Assembly: GCF_000143415.4 (NCBI RefSeq)
Contig: NW_003314298.1
Location: 1 to 64,000, forward strand
DNA length: 64,000 bases
Source: Selaginella moellendorffii
Lineage: Eukaryota > Plantae > Lycopodiophyta
Direction: 5' to 3'
A program made the position numbers and the translations under genes. Shown here piece after piece: positions 38,189 through 50,600 of the stretch. The notes beneath the pieces were generated by a model that was not told the DNA's origin, ran no database searches, and was given only the letters and a program-made list of their open reading frames with translations. The first letter of the stretch is position 1. Each line of letters starts with the position of its first letter.

Positions 38189-38994
38189 GATGGCATGTAT
38201 TTATTTAAAAATGTAACTTATTATGGCATGGGGTTCCATGCCATTGTATTAATATTAAAAGACAATTCTTTGAGAGGATTTGCATTATACTAGAAGTGTT
38301 ACAGCATGTTATTGAAAGTCTACGAAGTTGTTTTATTAATAATGGGAAAGTAAAGATTGAATGGGGACTTGGGCTCCACCTAGACTCGGAGCAACTGAGC
38401 CAATATTAAAAGGATGGAAAGAAATTGGACGACGATGACAAGGAGAAGAGAGAGGTGAAGCAGTGGCAGGGGGAGGAGAAGTGATTGAGTAGACATTTCC
38501 TTGTTTAAAATAAAATGGCATGTGCCTCAATGCAGTTGAATTTTGTTATATTTATATACTATATAAAGGTTTGGAAACCTTATTTTACAAGTGGGATAAT
38601 GACAATTCCCACTTTAACGAAATAGAGCTTGCAAAGAAGTTGCTATAAGAAGGAGAAGACATTTGGAGGCAGGTTTCTCACAATGGCTACTCAGCTCCAT
38701 GGCCAAGCTTGATGAGCAAGCTGGAAGAGAGCTTCTACAACATCTCTGGCCAAAGTAAAAGACGTTTCACCTCTAAGGTAACAATTGTATCCAAGAGATT
38801 ATATCACAAACAAGGCTTTTTTTTTCATGACATCAAATTCATCCAGTAGAACTGTGGGACTGGAAGCGCAACGACAACGCATGAGCAGCATCTCCAGCAT
38901 CCTCTCCACCGTCAGATCTCCCAATCCAATGGTCCACATGGTTCAAGCCTGAATCGTACTTAGATTTTTTCTGGGCTATGGAGGAGAAAGATGC

Positions 38995-40712
38995 AAGGAG
39001 CAGTCACAACAGGGTATTCTGTCTTGACCATGCCACAACATCAAGTCAATGGCAAGATAGGACAACTCCAAGCATGGTTCTGGATTCAGAGAAACCAGCC
39101 ATGCTGCCCCTCTCTCCCCTCACCAGGGTCTGGCACAGCAAGTCTCCAAGCCAGGCATTTGTGTTGGCCCTTGTGTGCTGCACCTCGCTGCCATAGTGCC
39201 ACAAAAAATCCCTACCTGGAGATGCTCACTGCCACTAAGAGTCTGGGAATTAGCTTGGCTTCTCAACACAGTAATCTCTTTGGTGTTTCCTACAGCCCAG
39301 CTCCCCTGAATTGTGTCTGGCACAACAAACTCCCCACAAAGGCTTTTTGCCCCCTTTTGGTCCAGTGCCTTGGCACCACCAAGAGATCATAAAAAATTCC
39401 AAGGGATCTGCTCCCTACCACAGCCCACACCACCCAGAGATCACCATAGAAATGCTGTGCCTCACCAAAATCTGCCATGGGAGAAGCCTTTGCAACAGCA
39501 ACAGCCATTGCAAAGGCCCACTCACGCTTCCCTCTCCTCTCTCCTCCACTGTCGGATCGCACAGATCCAACGGCTCAAACGCACAGCCTTTGAGTTGCCA
39601 GAAACTTCGAAGTCCTAGCACTTAGTTTTTTGGCAATGGTAGAGGAAGCTACGGGAGCATGGCCGCTGCATCTTGAGCACGCCACAGCCCAGGCCACCAC
39701 AGCCAGCTGCTCCAGCAGTAGAAGCTGCCGACATAGACAGCGCCAGCCATCGCAACAGCCTGCGGCCTACCAGCAGCTGCCGCGGCTGCTGCACCAGCCG
39801 GCCAGCCAGCCGTGCCATGGCTGGCCTCCAGCGACCGCCACGGCCAGCACTTGGGCCAGCACTCGCTGCCCAAAGCACCAACGCTGTGACTCGTCGCGGC
39901 CCAGCCCGTCAGTATTGTGTCCCAGCCAGCTGCTGCCCAACAGCACCACCAGCGCTGTCTAGTAGTGCCCAGCTGCGCTAGGAACCACCGCACGCTGCTC
40001 AGGGCCGCCACACGCTGCCCAGAGTCACTGCGCTCTGCCTAGCACCGCCCTGTGCTGCCCACGTGTGCCCAGCACCGCCCAGCAATGCACTGTACCACCA
40101 GTGATGCGCGGTACTGCACAGTGACACGTGGCACTGCTTAGCGACGTGCGGTACTACACAGTGATGCACGGCACTGCCCAGCGACATGCGGTACTTCCAG
40201 AGATGCACAGTACAGTCCAGTACCGCCCGGTACCACCTAGTTTAGGGTTTAGTTTACCACCCAGTGGCTCCAGGCTGGGCATTTATGTAGGCCCCTGTGC
40301 ACTGTATCTCACCGCCAAGATGCCACAGAAATCCCTGCCTGGAGCCACTAAGAGTCTCGGAGCTAGCTCAGCATCTCCACATAACAGCTTTTCTGGTGTC
40401 TAGTGCGGCCCAGCTCCTCTGACTCAGGTCCGACATAGCAAATGCCCTACAAAGGCTTTTTGGCCCCCCTTGGTTGCTGCCTCAGCACCACCAAGGGATC
40501 TCCAAAAATGCTAAGGGGATTGTTCCCTATCGTTGAGAGCACCTGTGCCACCCAGACATCACCACAAAGCTGGTGTGATCCACCAGAATCAGCCGTGGGA
40601 GACACATTTGCAGGAGCAGTCACGGCAGGACATTTCTGTCTTGACCATGCCCCAGCGACAAGCCAACAGCAAGCCAAGACAACTCCAAGCATGGCTCTGG
40701 ATCCAAAGAAAC
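38995..40712 (+). repeat. Diverged ~450-500-bp repeat units flanking a GC-rich low-complexity insert
   Basis: 39017-39097 resembles 40634-40712, and 39140-39500 resembles 40270-40620. Confidence 0.6.
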
Positions 40713-41041
40713 GAACCACATTTTTCGTCTCTGGGTACGTACAAATGACACAAGTATTGTGGAAGTAATGCATGCATCATATCATGCCGCATTTACAAGT
40801 TATCTTGCGTCAAAGGTACGTCACCCGCCGGACAAATGCTTACTGTCTTCGGCGATCTGCCGAAGTTATTTTCTGTGACTACCACTACTGCTGAGTAATG
40901 CACTCTAGCTTTGCTACGTTTGCACCTTCACGAGCCAATGCTGCCACGCCACCTCGCATGGATGCCACATGGACTCATGCCAAGTAAGAGAGCCAGAATA
41001 TAAGTAGAGTTGATGCCGAGCTAGGGCTAGGGTAGACGCTA

Positions 41042-41097
41042 GACGACTACACCCAGCTGATGAGTCCCAAAAATGATGAAACTGGTCTCGTGTTGTC
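41042..41097 (+). ncRNA. Type I hammerhead ribozyme motif (degenerate stem II)
   Basis: CTGATGA(41057)-GTCC-caaaaa-TGAT-GAAAC-TG-GTC-TCGTGTTGTC, with an imperfect stem I partner upstream. Confidence 0.72.
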
Positions 41098-41235
41098 TCT
41101 TGTCTTCTCCCTCACTCACGAATGAATGAAAATTCATTCCCTTGCCTCCTCTACTTGCTCTCAATCATGCCGTCTTGACAACGGCACACGGAGAATGAGG
41201 ATTGCACAAAATGGTGCCGTGATCTCACTGGATTG
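41042..41235 (+). mobile_element. Interstitial copy of the telomeric Penelope-like fragment
   Basis: Colinear with 4335-4510; may extend upstream to about 40730. Confidence 0.7.
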
Positions 41236-44200
41236 TTTCTTTAGGGGAATCAGGCCAGTGACGGACTCTCCTCCCATTCTAGGACTGAAGCACAGTGACG
41301 GGCGGGTCGTCGAGGACCAACAGAGGATGCAACAGCTCGCCCAAGAGTTTTACCAACTTCTATATACGGCCCAGCAATGGACTCCAGAGAGGGAAAGGGC
41401 GCCGGTGGAAGTGCTTGCGTCCCTTCCCCAGCGAGTCCCCCATGAGTGGCACGACTCACTGAAGACGGACTTCACATTGGAGGAGCTTCGGGAAGCGCTT
41501 GGGAAGCTCAGCAATGACAAGCAGCTAGGTATCGATGGCCTCTTGCCCATTTTCTTTGAGGAGCATTGGGAGACCATAGGCCCGCTGCTGCTACAAGCAT
41601 GGTGGGATGCTCAACGTGATGGGACCTTGCCTCATGAGGTCCTCGAGGGCCAGATTGCGCTTATCCCAAAGAGGGGGGACTTGCAGGAGCTGAAGAATTG
41701 GAGGCCGATCACCATGCTCAACACGTCCTACAAGGTCTACGCCAAAGCAATGACCCTCAAGCTCTAAGCTGTCATGCCGCTGATCATCTGGGAGCAGCAG
41801 ATAGGGTTTTTTCCAGGGTGGCAAATTGCAGAAAACATCTGGACGTACTTGCTGGCTCAGAGATGGGCAGAGATCCTGACCAACAAACTGCAGCATGGCT
41901 ATTGGACTTCGAGAAGGCCTATGATCGGGGGGACTGGAGGTTCCTGGAGGAATGCATGCATACGATCGGCATCCCGAGAGAGATGGTCGCTAGGATCTCA
42001 TTATTGTACCGAGGAGCCGCAAGCAGAGTCACAATCAATGGCGAGACGGGACGTTCGGTATGCCAAGGGTGTCCACTAGCACCCTATCTTTTTCTGATCG
42101 TGGCTGAGGCCCTGGGCACATTTCTAGCGGAAGGCAGACGCATTAAAGGACTCACACTGCCGGCTGCGAGACAGCAACTTCCGGGAACCACAAGGGTGTC
42201 TCGGGAACTCCTGGATGGAGCTTTTGCGGACGACACTACCTTGTTCCTACTCGTGACTAAGGAGAACATGGATGCAGCTAAGAAGGCGCTGGAGACGTTC
42301 AACCTTGCGGCTGGTGCAGCAATTAACTGGAACAAATCAGTGGGCATAAATTGGGGGCGACCAGGCATCGAATCTTGGGGGCAGAACATCGGCTTCCAGT
42401 GGCTCAAACCAGGAGAAGACGCTAGGTACCTGGGGATCCAGGTTGGTACTCGGTTCAGTGTAGCACTCCAGGATGACACCCTGCTCCGACGGGTACGAAC
42501 GTCAATCCAGAAGTGGGCTCCCCAGAAACTCGGCTTGCCAGCCAGAGTGGTAGTCGCCAGGAGCATCATTCTGCCCAGCATCTGGTACCACCTCTCCATC
42601 TAGCCTATCCCAGAACGCACTCTTAGAAAGGTACGCACGATGGTCCATCAGTATTTGTGGCGGGGCGCTCTGGTCACAGGGAGGAGCATGGCCAAGGTCA
42701 CGTGGCAATCTACAGCACGTCCATGACTCTTGGGAGGACTTGGAGTAATCGATCCGAGCGACATGGCGAAGGCGCTATGGTACAAAATCCTCCTCATGGA
42801 CCTTCAACCAGGTAATCAACCTTGGAGACTCATGTTTAGGCAGAACTTGTTGGCAATTCGGCCCAAGCACAACACTGCAAGACCGTGGGAAGAAGATCCA
42901 CGTTGGCTCTTTGCCGAGGGGCCGAAGCAAGTAGTCAAGGGCGGCACTCTGGTCCAGGGGTTTCTCAGGTTATGGAGCGCGTTTCCAGTAAGTAGGGAAT
43001 TGCCAGGGCGAGCGGAGGACTGGCTGAACCAGCCCCTATTCTTCAATGACCTCTTCAAGCTGGATGATAGGACGCTGGGTAGGGAGGACCACTACACAAT
43101 CTGGAGAAAGTTATATAGCGCAGGCTTCCGAACTCTCAAGCAACTGGTGCGGGTTCTGGACAAGGACAGGAGGAAAACTACGAGGCATATGCAGGTCTTT
43201 AACCCGGGACGGTGGAGGAAAGTCCACCTTGATCTTCTTCGCATTATCAGAGCAGTGAGTGAGGCAAAGAAGGGGCAGCTTTGGCCCAGGCGTTGTCTCA
43301 AACCTGGAGACTTTGTGGCTCTGCAACGGGACGCGGAGCCAGACAGGGAACGAGTCAGCTTGGGGGCTTGGACATGAGCGTTTACGGCCCCAACACCAGC
43401 TTGGGAGGACAGGGATGTGGAGGTTTGGTTCATTGTGTCTCCAGACCAAAATGTTGGGCGTCCTTTTTGGGTCTTGAGAGGTGACATGCTGCTGCCAGCA
43501 GGGGACGAACAGGTCATGCCGATGGTGACAGATGACGAAGTCAAGGGTAGGATTTGAGTAATACGACAGGCTCCGAAGCACTCGGCGATGGTTCAATTGT
43601 TGGCTGCACTAGAGGGGGATGGCATTCTTAGATGGTGGCGACAGCAGCCCATCGAGGACTTGGATTGGGACCCCGCAACTTGGAAATGAGGAGTGAGGAG
43701 CTTCTTCTCCTTTGGCGTCAAGGAAGCAAGGGATGGTCTCTTGACCAGTAGGGAGGAGGCCTGAGGGGACATCCCCAAGCTCTAGAAGAAATGGATCAAG
43801 CAAGGAGTTGAAGCAAATCAGATGGTGGGACGCTTGCGTTCTGGAAACTACCGGTACAGGAGAAAGTTAAGGCCACCTCTTGGTTGGTGGCAAACAATGG
43901 GCTTCCGGTAGGACAGCGGTTCCAGGAAGAAGCATGCCGACGGTGCAAGGAGTGTGGCGAGCTGGAGACAGCGCAACATGCCCTATGGGAATGCGACGTG
44001 GCGAGAGAAGTATGGCGACAGATCTTCAAGGTGACGCAGGAACTCGGAGACATTCCAAAGCTTGAGGTTCGGAGTTGGGATATCCTCCACTGGTTTGAGG
44101 GAGCTAGAGGTCCAGCCATTGGTCCAGCTTGGAGGCGTATTCGCTACTACGGACGACACAGATGGAACATGCGAGTCCGGTGGGACGTGACAGGGGCTGA

Positions 44201-44690
44201 AGTTGGGATGTCCATCTGGGAGGCAATGGGCCAAGAGCGCTGGTCCATTTGGAGGGCAACAGGAGTGCAGGCACTCTGGGAGGCTCGGAACCACTATCGC
44301 TTTGATGGGCAACAAGCGAGAATATCAGCAGTGGTGGCATCATGGTGGAGACTCACTCTTGCAGTGGTGCGTCTTCACTACACCATCCTAAAAGAGCGGG
44401 CGAAACCGAGGCAGCTCGAGGAGTGGAGATCTAGGTGGCTCCCATGCTTCGGCAAATTGGGAGATGGTGAGATTTGCTGGCAGTGGCGCCCCCTAGACTC
44501 TGTTCTAAGGTCAGCTCGTGGGGGAGACTTGGATATCAACATGATTCACTCGAGACGACCACGTCCACTTCTACTCCAAGACTAGGTCCAGCTGCGACAC
44601 ATGAGGATCATGTAGAGTAGCTCATTGAGAGGGCGGCACGCCCAGTTTTTGTATTTTAGTCCCATTGGGACATGGGGAATGTACATACAC
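41236..44690 (+). mobile_element. L1/Tx1-type LINE, 5'-truncated ORF2 (RT + zf-RVT), degenerate
   Basis: Motifs NWRPITMLNTSYK, LDFEKAYD, QGCPLAPYLF, FADD, YLGI, GGLGV and CxxC..ETAQHALWEC; several stops. Confidence 0.93.
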
Positions 44691-47600
44691 GTTCAGCGAT
44701 CTCGCTGGATTGTCAGATTGTGCGCGCGCCCTAATGTTGGACAATATTTGGGGAGGAAGTGGTGGAAGGTGCCTAGTACCATGGCTGCCATGATCGGAGG
44801 CTCAGCCAGAGGTAGAAGAGCGCTTAGGGGAGAGCGTGCAATCTCCCCACACTTGCTACCGTCGGCGGGGGCATCTGCCGTGAGATTTAGGGAAGCATTG
44901 TTCCCCTTTTTTTGCTTCTGCTGTGTCCTCACTCTCCTGTTAGCAGCATGGAGAACAGCCACAAGGGAATCACAGCATCCACGCCCATCAAGCTGAGCTC
45001 TCAAGGTCGTGGAGGGCGAGGCAGGGGCCTCAACATTCAACTCCCACAAGGAGGCCTGTTACAAGGTTGGGGTTCTGGCACACGCACAGCAGCAGGCTAG
45101 GGCAGGAAAGAGCCCTCTGCATCAACGGCCAGAACACTGCTGTGCAAGGTAGAAAGTGAGCCATGCAAGGCAGCAGCCCAGTAGGATGAGAACCATGGGA
45201 TAGAAGTGGTGGACGTTTCAAGGCTGGGGGATGGCCAGGTCCTGGAAAAAGTTGGAAGCAAAAACCAAGCCAGAGGTGAGGTGCCCACTGAGAGTGGAGG
45301 AGAGGACAAAGCTACCTCCCCTCACCCACTTGCTTGGTCACTGGCTGGAGTTCAAGAGCTTCGTGAGGGTCTCGGGCTAGTTACAAGTCAGGAAGGCTTG
45401 GGGGGAATCATCCCAAGCACTTTTGCATTTGAGGGGATTCACAGGGATGGATGTCTCACAGAAGTACAGGAGTGGCACACCAGGGTCAGGTCAGGAGTCA
45501 CCACCAGAGTAGCAACACGTGTAGCAGCAGCAGAGCTAGGACGTGGGACAGGAGAACTCAAGTCTGCCCCACCCAGAACGTCCAAAACTAGAGAGGAACA
45601 GGACCCCAGGGGGGATGCACTTCTGTCTTGCAGGCTCAACATGGAAGCCTCACTAGAAGGTGAGTTCAAAATCTCTCATTCAGAGACACAACCAAGCCAG
45701 GAGATCTCCAGGGAGTCAGACCATTCAACCGTGGCCCTAGGGCTGAACAAGGAGCAGCCACTCCGGACACTAAAGTTTGCCCACAGATGCTTGTCGAACC
45801 TGACGAACAAGCCTAGAGCCTCACTCCCATCTTCGCCAGCTCGTTCCTCAAGTGTGAGGCCTCAATCCAGCTCACAGCCCCCAGTGGCAGGGTGCTACAC
45901 AAACTTGAGACAAGGTGGTGATAGCACAGATTGTCTACACTTGTTCTTGCCGAAGCTTGCAAGCGGTGGTATAGTCTTTTGGAATAGTGAGCAGTTCACG
46001 GAACAGGTGCGTCGAGAGTCAGCACAGCGGATCCAGCATGAAGTCTTGCAGCAACCTCACCAACTGGATGTTGGGGAAGACGTGGGGAACATCTCTCTGT
46101 GGGATGCACGTCATGCAGCCCTCGCAATCCTAACGGAAAACCTCAGGACCTGGAAAGACTGGGCAGCTGGCACACTCCTTGCTCACGGGAATGCGTCAAG
46201 CTCATGCCCAGCTGTCGTCCCACCCAGAAACTCCTGCAGACGTGGCCGGGCTCATCCCTGATCTAGTACATGCAAGAGTGCAGGAGGAAACACGCCAAGT
46301 GGACCTCATGCACTTGCAACAGGTGAGGAAATCAGATCTGGACTCTCCCACAGCACCACACGAGGAGTAGAAGGTGTCGCTCCTCTCTCCACTCCCGAGA
46401 CTCGACGAGGCAGGGATGTTGGTCTGGGACCCTCGCCACTTTGAGGAAAGGATCCAAAGTTCTCCGCTTCCAGTATGCAAAGAACTCCAGTTAACTCTGA
46501 TGTGCACGATTAGAGAGCTGGACCTGAATCCTTTGGGAGAGGACCTCGTGTTGGGACCTGCACTGCGTGAAGCTCAAGAACTAATCATGAAGGCAATGGC
46601 CACACAGCAAGCGGATCTCTTTGACGCATGGGCGCAAGAGCAAGGTGGCAAGGTGGATATCACACCAACACCAACAGCTGAAGCGAGACTCAGAGAGCCA
46701 GAAATAGAGCCAGAGATGGAGCGCTCACTGGACGAACAGTCAGATGGCACACTTCACATGATGCCTTCAACAAGAGGAAGACCAAACGTGAGAAGAAGAA
46801 AGTGAAGCAAGCAATGCGGCGGAAACTTAAAACTCTGAGACTTGCCAAGGAGGGTCCATCCTGGACAAACACAGTTGAAGCCTTTCTTGAGGAGGAGCAC
46901 GCCCCCATCGATAAGAGAACAGAGACTCGGGCGTACCAGCACCAGGAGGTTGACACACCTGAGCGAGTGGCGAAAGCCTAGTGGAGAGTGGGGAAGACTC
47001 GAGGCTGTGGGAAGGTGGCAGAAGCGCTGCACTCCTCAGCAGGAATAGTGATGTTGACAAGAAGAACGACTCACATAATGCGAATGGGGGAACACCTGGT
47101 CATGCTGAAGTGCACAAGGTGGCAACAGCAGGAGAAGGTGGAAGTGACTTGGTTCATGACGACACGAGAGGAAAGGCTGTTTCTGTCAAGCTGGCCGAGA
47201 CCCTGCAAAGAGCAGTAGCAAAGAAGGAAGAGGAACTTCGCAAGAAGGCACTGATTGCTGTTTTCAGGGGGAAGTTCCCTACAGGTCGCATGGCTAACGA
47301 TTGGATCAATGCAACACTGGGAGAAGGAATCCTTATGAAAAAGATGCTGCCACACAGGAAGGGCTGCTACACAGTTGTCTTTGAGACAGAGGAGGCACGG
47401 TCTCAGGCAGAGGCCATGCATGGCCTCATTGATGAGAATTGGGCAGTGTCATTCCACCCTTGGATCTCGAGGTTCACAACAGAGGACCAAGCACGTCTCA
47501 AGGGTGGGAGCTTTCCAGTGAACATCGCAATGTGGGATGTTCCCATGGAAATGCGGATCACAATGGTGATCCAGGAGCTGGTTGAAGGGAGTATTGGTCA

Positions 47601-50600
47601 GATAGCAGCCGGCCTCGACACTGTAGAAGCAGAGGGTGTTCTAGGTCCCATCTGCCTCAAAGTTTTTGTGTCAGCCCCGGCTGAAATCCCGACAGAAGAT
47701 CGCACTGCTGGGCCAGTATATCAAGGTCCAAACGGAGAACTCAGAACCTAGATGCAACTTTTGTCAATGTGCTGGAGACCGGGAGGAGGCCTGCTCAGTC
47801 AAGCGGAACAGGCTGGCCTCCCAAAAACCGTTTGAGTTACCTAAAGAGCAAGAGCGGGTCTTGAAGGCACACCCTCTGGACAAGGCTCCCCACATTTGCT
47901 TCCTGGTCACCGCACCACTCTTGGGCTCATCCTCGCAGCCCAAACTATTCGAGGGACCTATTATAGACGTCGAAGGGGATGGCTTCCAGCTGGTCCTCCC
48001 TCGAATAGTAGGAATGGCAGTCAGGTGGATTCCACCTAAGCGGGAATTAAGTCCCACAGCTGGTTGATGTGCCGCGGGAACACAGCCTTCCCAGAGGTTG
48101 TCACCATTGGAGACTACCAAACACGCATGGAAAGTGCTATCACTGAGTGGATGGGCTTTGCGAAATACACTGTCCGAGGCTTCTCCTGGACAAAGCACAA
48201 GGGGAAGATGACTACGGTGTGGACCATCTCCACAAAATGGAGGGCAAGACCCCGTAACTCTTCACTTTCCTGGAAGTATGTGGCTCCATGATGACACTCA
48301 CGATCGTCATCTAGAACTGCTGGGGACTCAGTTGGACCGGCAGTTGACTCAACAAAAGGGCGCAGCTCAAGTCCCACATCTGTGAGATCAGCTTAGAAGG
48401 AGATATCAACATCCTGTGCCTGCAAGAGCATAAAATGACCGTGGCCCCAGACTACACGTTTGGAATGAGGGGACGGCTCTGGTGGAACCCGGCCACACAA
48501 GCAGTGGCTAGACTAGGAGGTGGCATAGCAATGGTAGTCTCAACCAAATGGTCTACTCAGGTATGAAACCACCTTGTCCTTGTCCTAGGAAAGGCTCAAC
48601 TGCTCGTCCTTCACCTCCACTTTGGACGGGTGGGGATAATCAACGTCTATGCACCAACGAAGAAAGTGGACGGGTGGGGATAATCAACGTCTATGCACCA
48701 ACGAAGAAAGGGAGACGTGCAGAATTCTGGCTGAGCGTGTTACAGTCTGCCCAAGGGTGAGCAGATGAATGGCTGGTCCTAGGAGACTTCAACATGGTTG
48801 AGGACATCTGTGATCGCAGGGGAATGCAGGAAACAATTCAGCCACATGAGCAGGAGCAGTGGAGTCAGCTCATGGACATATTGGAGCTCATGGACCTTCA
48901 ACATGCTGCTGGATTCGCATCTCACGCTCACCCTTTTACAAGGCGGCAGGCAGTATCCTCCCAGTCGAGACTGGACCGGATTTACGCCTCACCTCGCATA
49001 CGGCAGGATGGGGGAAGCCTTAAAACATGGCTCAGTTTTGCGTCCTTCTCATATCACGACCCCCTCAGATGTGTGATCAAGCTCCAAAGGGAAAAAGGGA
49101 CAGTAGTCCAGCGATCAATCACTAGAGCCACGCTGCGAGACCTGGTGCCGATTGGGCTTATACATGATGCTCTCGTGCAGAACAAGATGGGGCTGATCTC
49201 AGTGCTCCTGTCTTGCTCACAGAAGCTCCAGGTGCGCCAGAATGATCTCAAAGGAGCGGTGATGAAGGATCTTAGACTGGCCAGGCAGAAGGTGGTAACA
49301 GCATATAGGATGTTGCTGAACACGCAAAACGAGTTTAAGTGGCAAATAGTACTGGATGAACGCGAAGCCAAGCTACGCGACTTGGAGTACGCTGCATGGA
49401 GCAACAGCATCCGGGCTATGGAAGGTAGATGGGCCCTAAATGAATGCCTTCTCAATAAGGCTTTCTTTAGGGGAATCAGGCCAGTGATGGACTCTCCTCC
49501 CATTCTAGGCCTGAAGCACAGTGACGGGCGGGTCATCAAGGACCAACAGGGGATGCAACAGCTTGCCCAAGAGTTTTACCAACTTCTCTATACGGCCTAG
49601 TAGTGGTCTCCAAAGAGGGAAAAGGCGGCGGTGGAAGTGCTTGTGTCCCTTCCCCGGCATGTCCCCCATGAGTGATATGACTCATTGAAGATGGACTTCA
49701 CACTGGAGGAGCTTCAGGAAGCACTCAAGAAGCTCAGCAATGACAAGCAGCCCGGTATCGACGGCCTCTTGCCCATTTTCTTTGAGGAGCACTAGGAGAC
49801 CATAGGCCCGCTATTGCTACAAGCATGGTGGGATGCTCAACGTGATGGGACCTTGCCTCGCAAGATCCTCGAGGGCCAGATTGCACTTATCCCAAAGAGG
49901 GGGGACCTGCAGGAGTTGAGGAATTGGAGGCTGATCACCATCCTCAACACGTCCTACAAGCTCTTCGCTAAAGCAATGACCCTCAAGCTCCAAGCTGTTA
50001 TGCCGTTGATCATTGGGGAACAGCAAACAGGGTTTTTTCCAGGGCGGCAAATCGCAGAAAATATCTGGACATACTTGCTGGCTCAGAGATGGGCAGAGAT
50101 CTCTGACCAACAAACTGCAGCATGGCTATTGGACTTCAAGAAGGCCTACGATTAGGTGGACTGGAGGTTCCTGGAGGAGTGCATGCATACGATTGGCATC
50201 CCGAGAGAGATGGTCGCTAGGATCTCATTACTGTACTGAGGATCCACAAGCAGAGTCACAATCAATGGCGAGATGGGACCGAGTTTTCAGTTGGGACGTT
50301 CGGTACGCCAAGGGTGTCCACTAGCACCCTTTCTTTTCCTGATTGTGGCTGAGGCCCTGGGCACATTTCTAGCGAAAGGCAGGCACATTAAAGGACTCAC
50401 CCTGTGGGCTGCAAAACAGCAACTTCCGAGAACTACAAGGGTGACTCGGGAACTCCTTGATGGAGCATTTGCAGACGACACTGCCTTGTTCCTACTCACG
50501 ACTAAGGAGAACCTGGATGCAGCAAAGAAGGCACTGGAGACTTTCAACCTCACAGATGGCACAACAATTAACTGGAACAAATCAGTGGGCATAAATTGGG

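Larger units (their letters stand above)
25949..38244. repeat. Dispersed 22-bp palindrome ATGGCRTGNGGCCNCAYGCCAT (~20 copies)
   Basis: Copies starting at 25949, 27341, 27398, 29235, 29305, 29403, 31747, 32594, 32671, 32731, 34008, 35507, 35648, 35839, 37071, 37146 and 38223, plus degenerate ones. Confidence 0.9.
25407..38630. mobile_element. 13.2-kb TIR DNA transposon, Sola-like
   Basis: Perfect 24-bp TIRs AAGCTCTATTTCGTTAAAGTGGGA (25407-25430 and 38607-38630) and 4-bp TSD GCAA (25403-25406 and 38631-38634). The interrupted host frame rejoins. Confidence 0.93.

Noticed and set aside
25949-38244. CRISPR-like reading of the palindromic repeats
   Set aside because: Spacing is irregular, the context is eukaryotic and there are no cas genes.
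39615-40260. Overlapping Ala/Gln/Pro-rich ORFs
   Set aside because: GC-rich low-complexity sequence, open on both strands, with no domain motifs.
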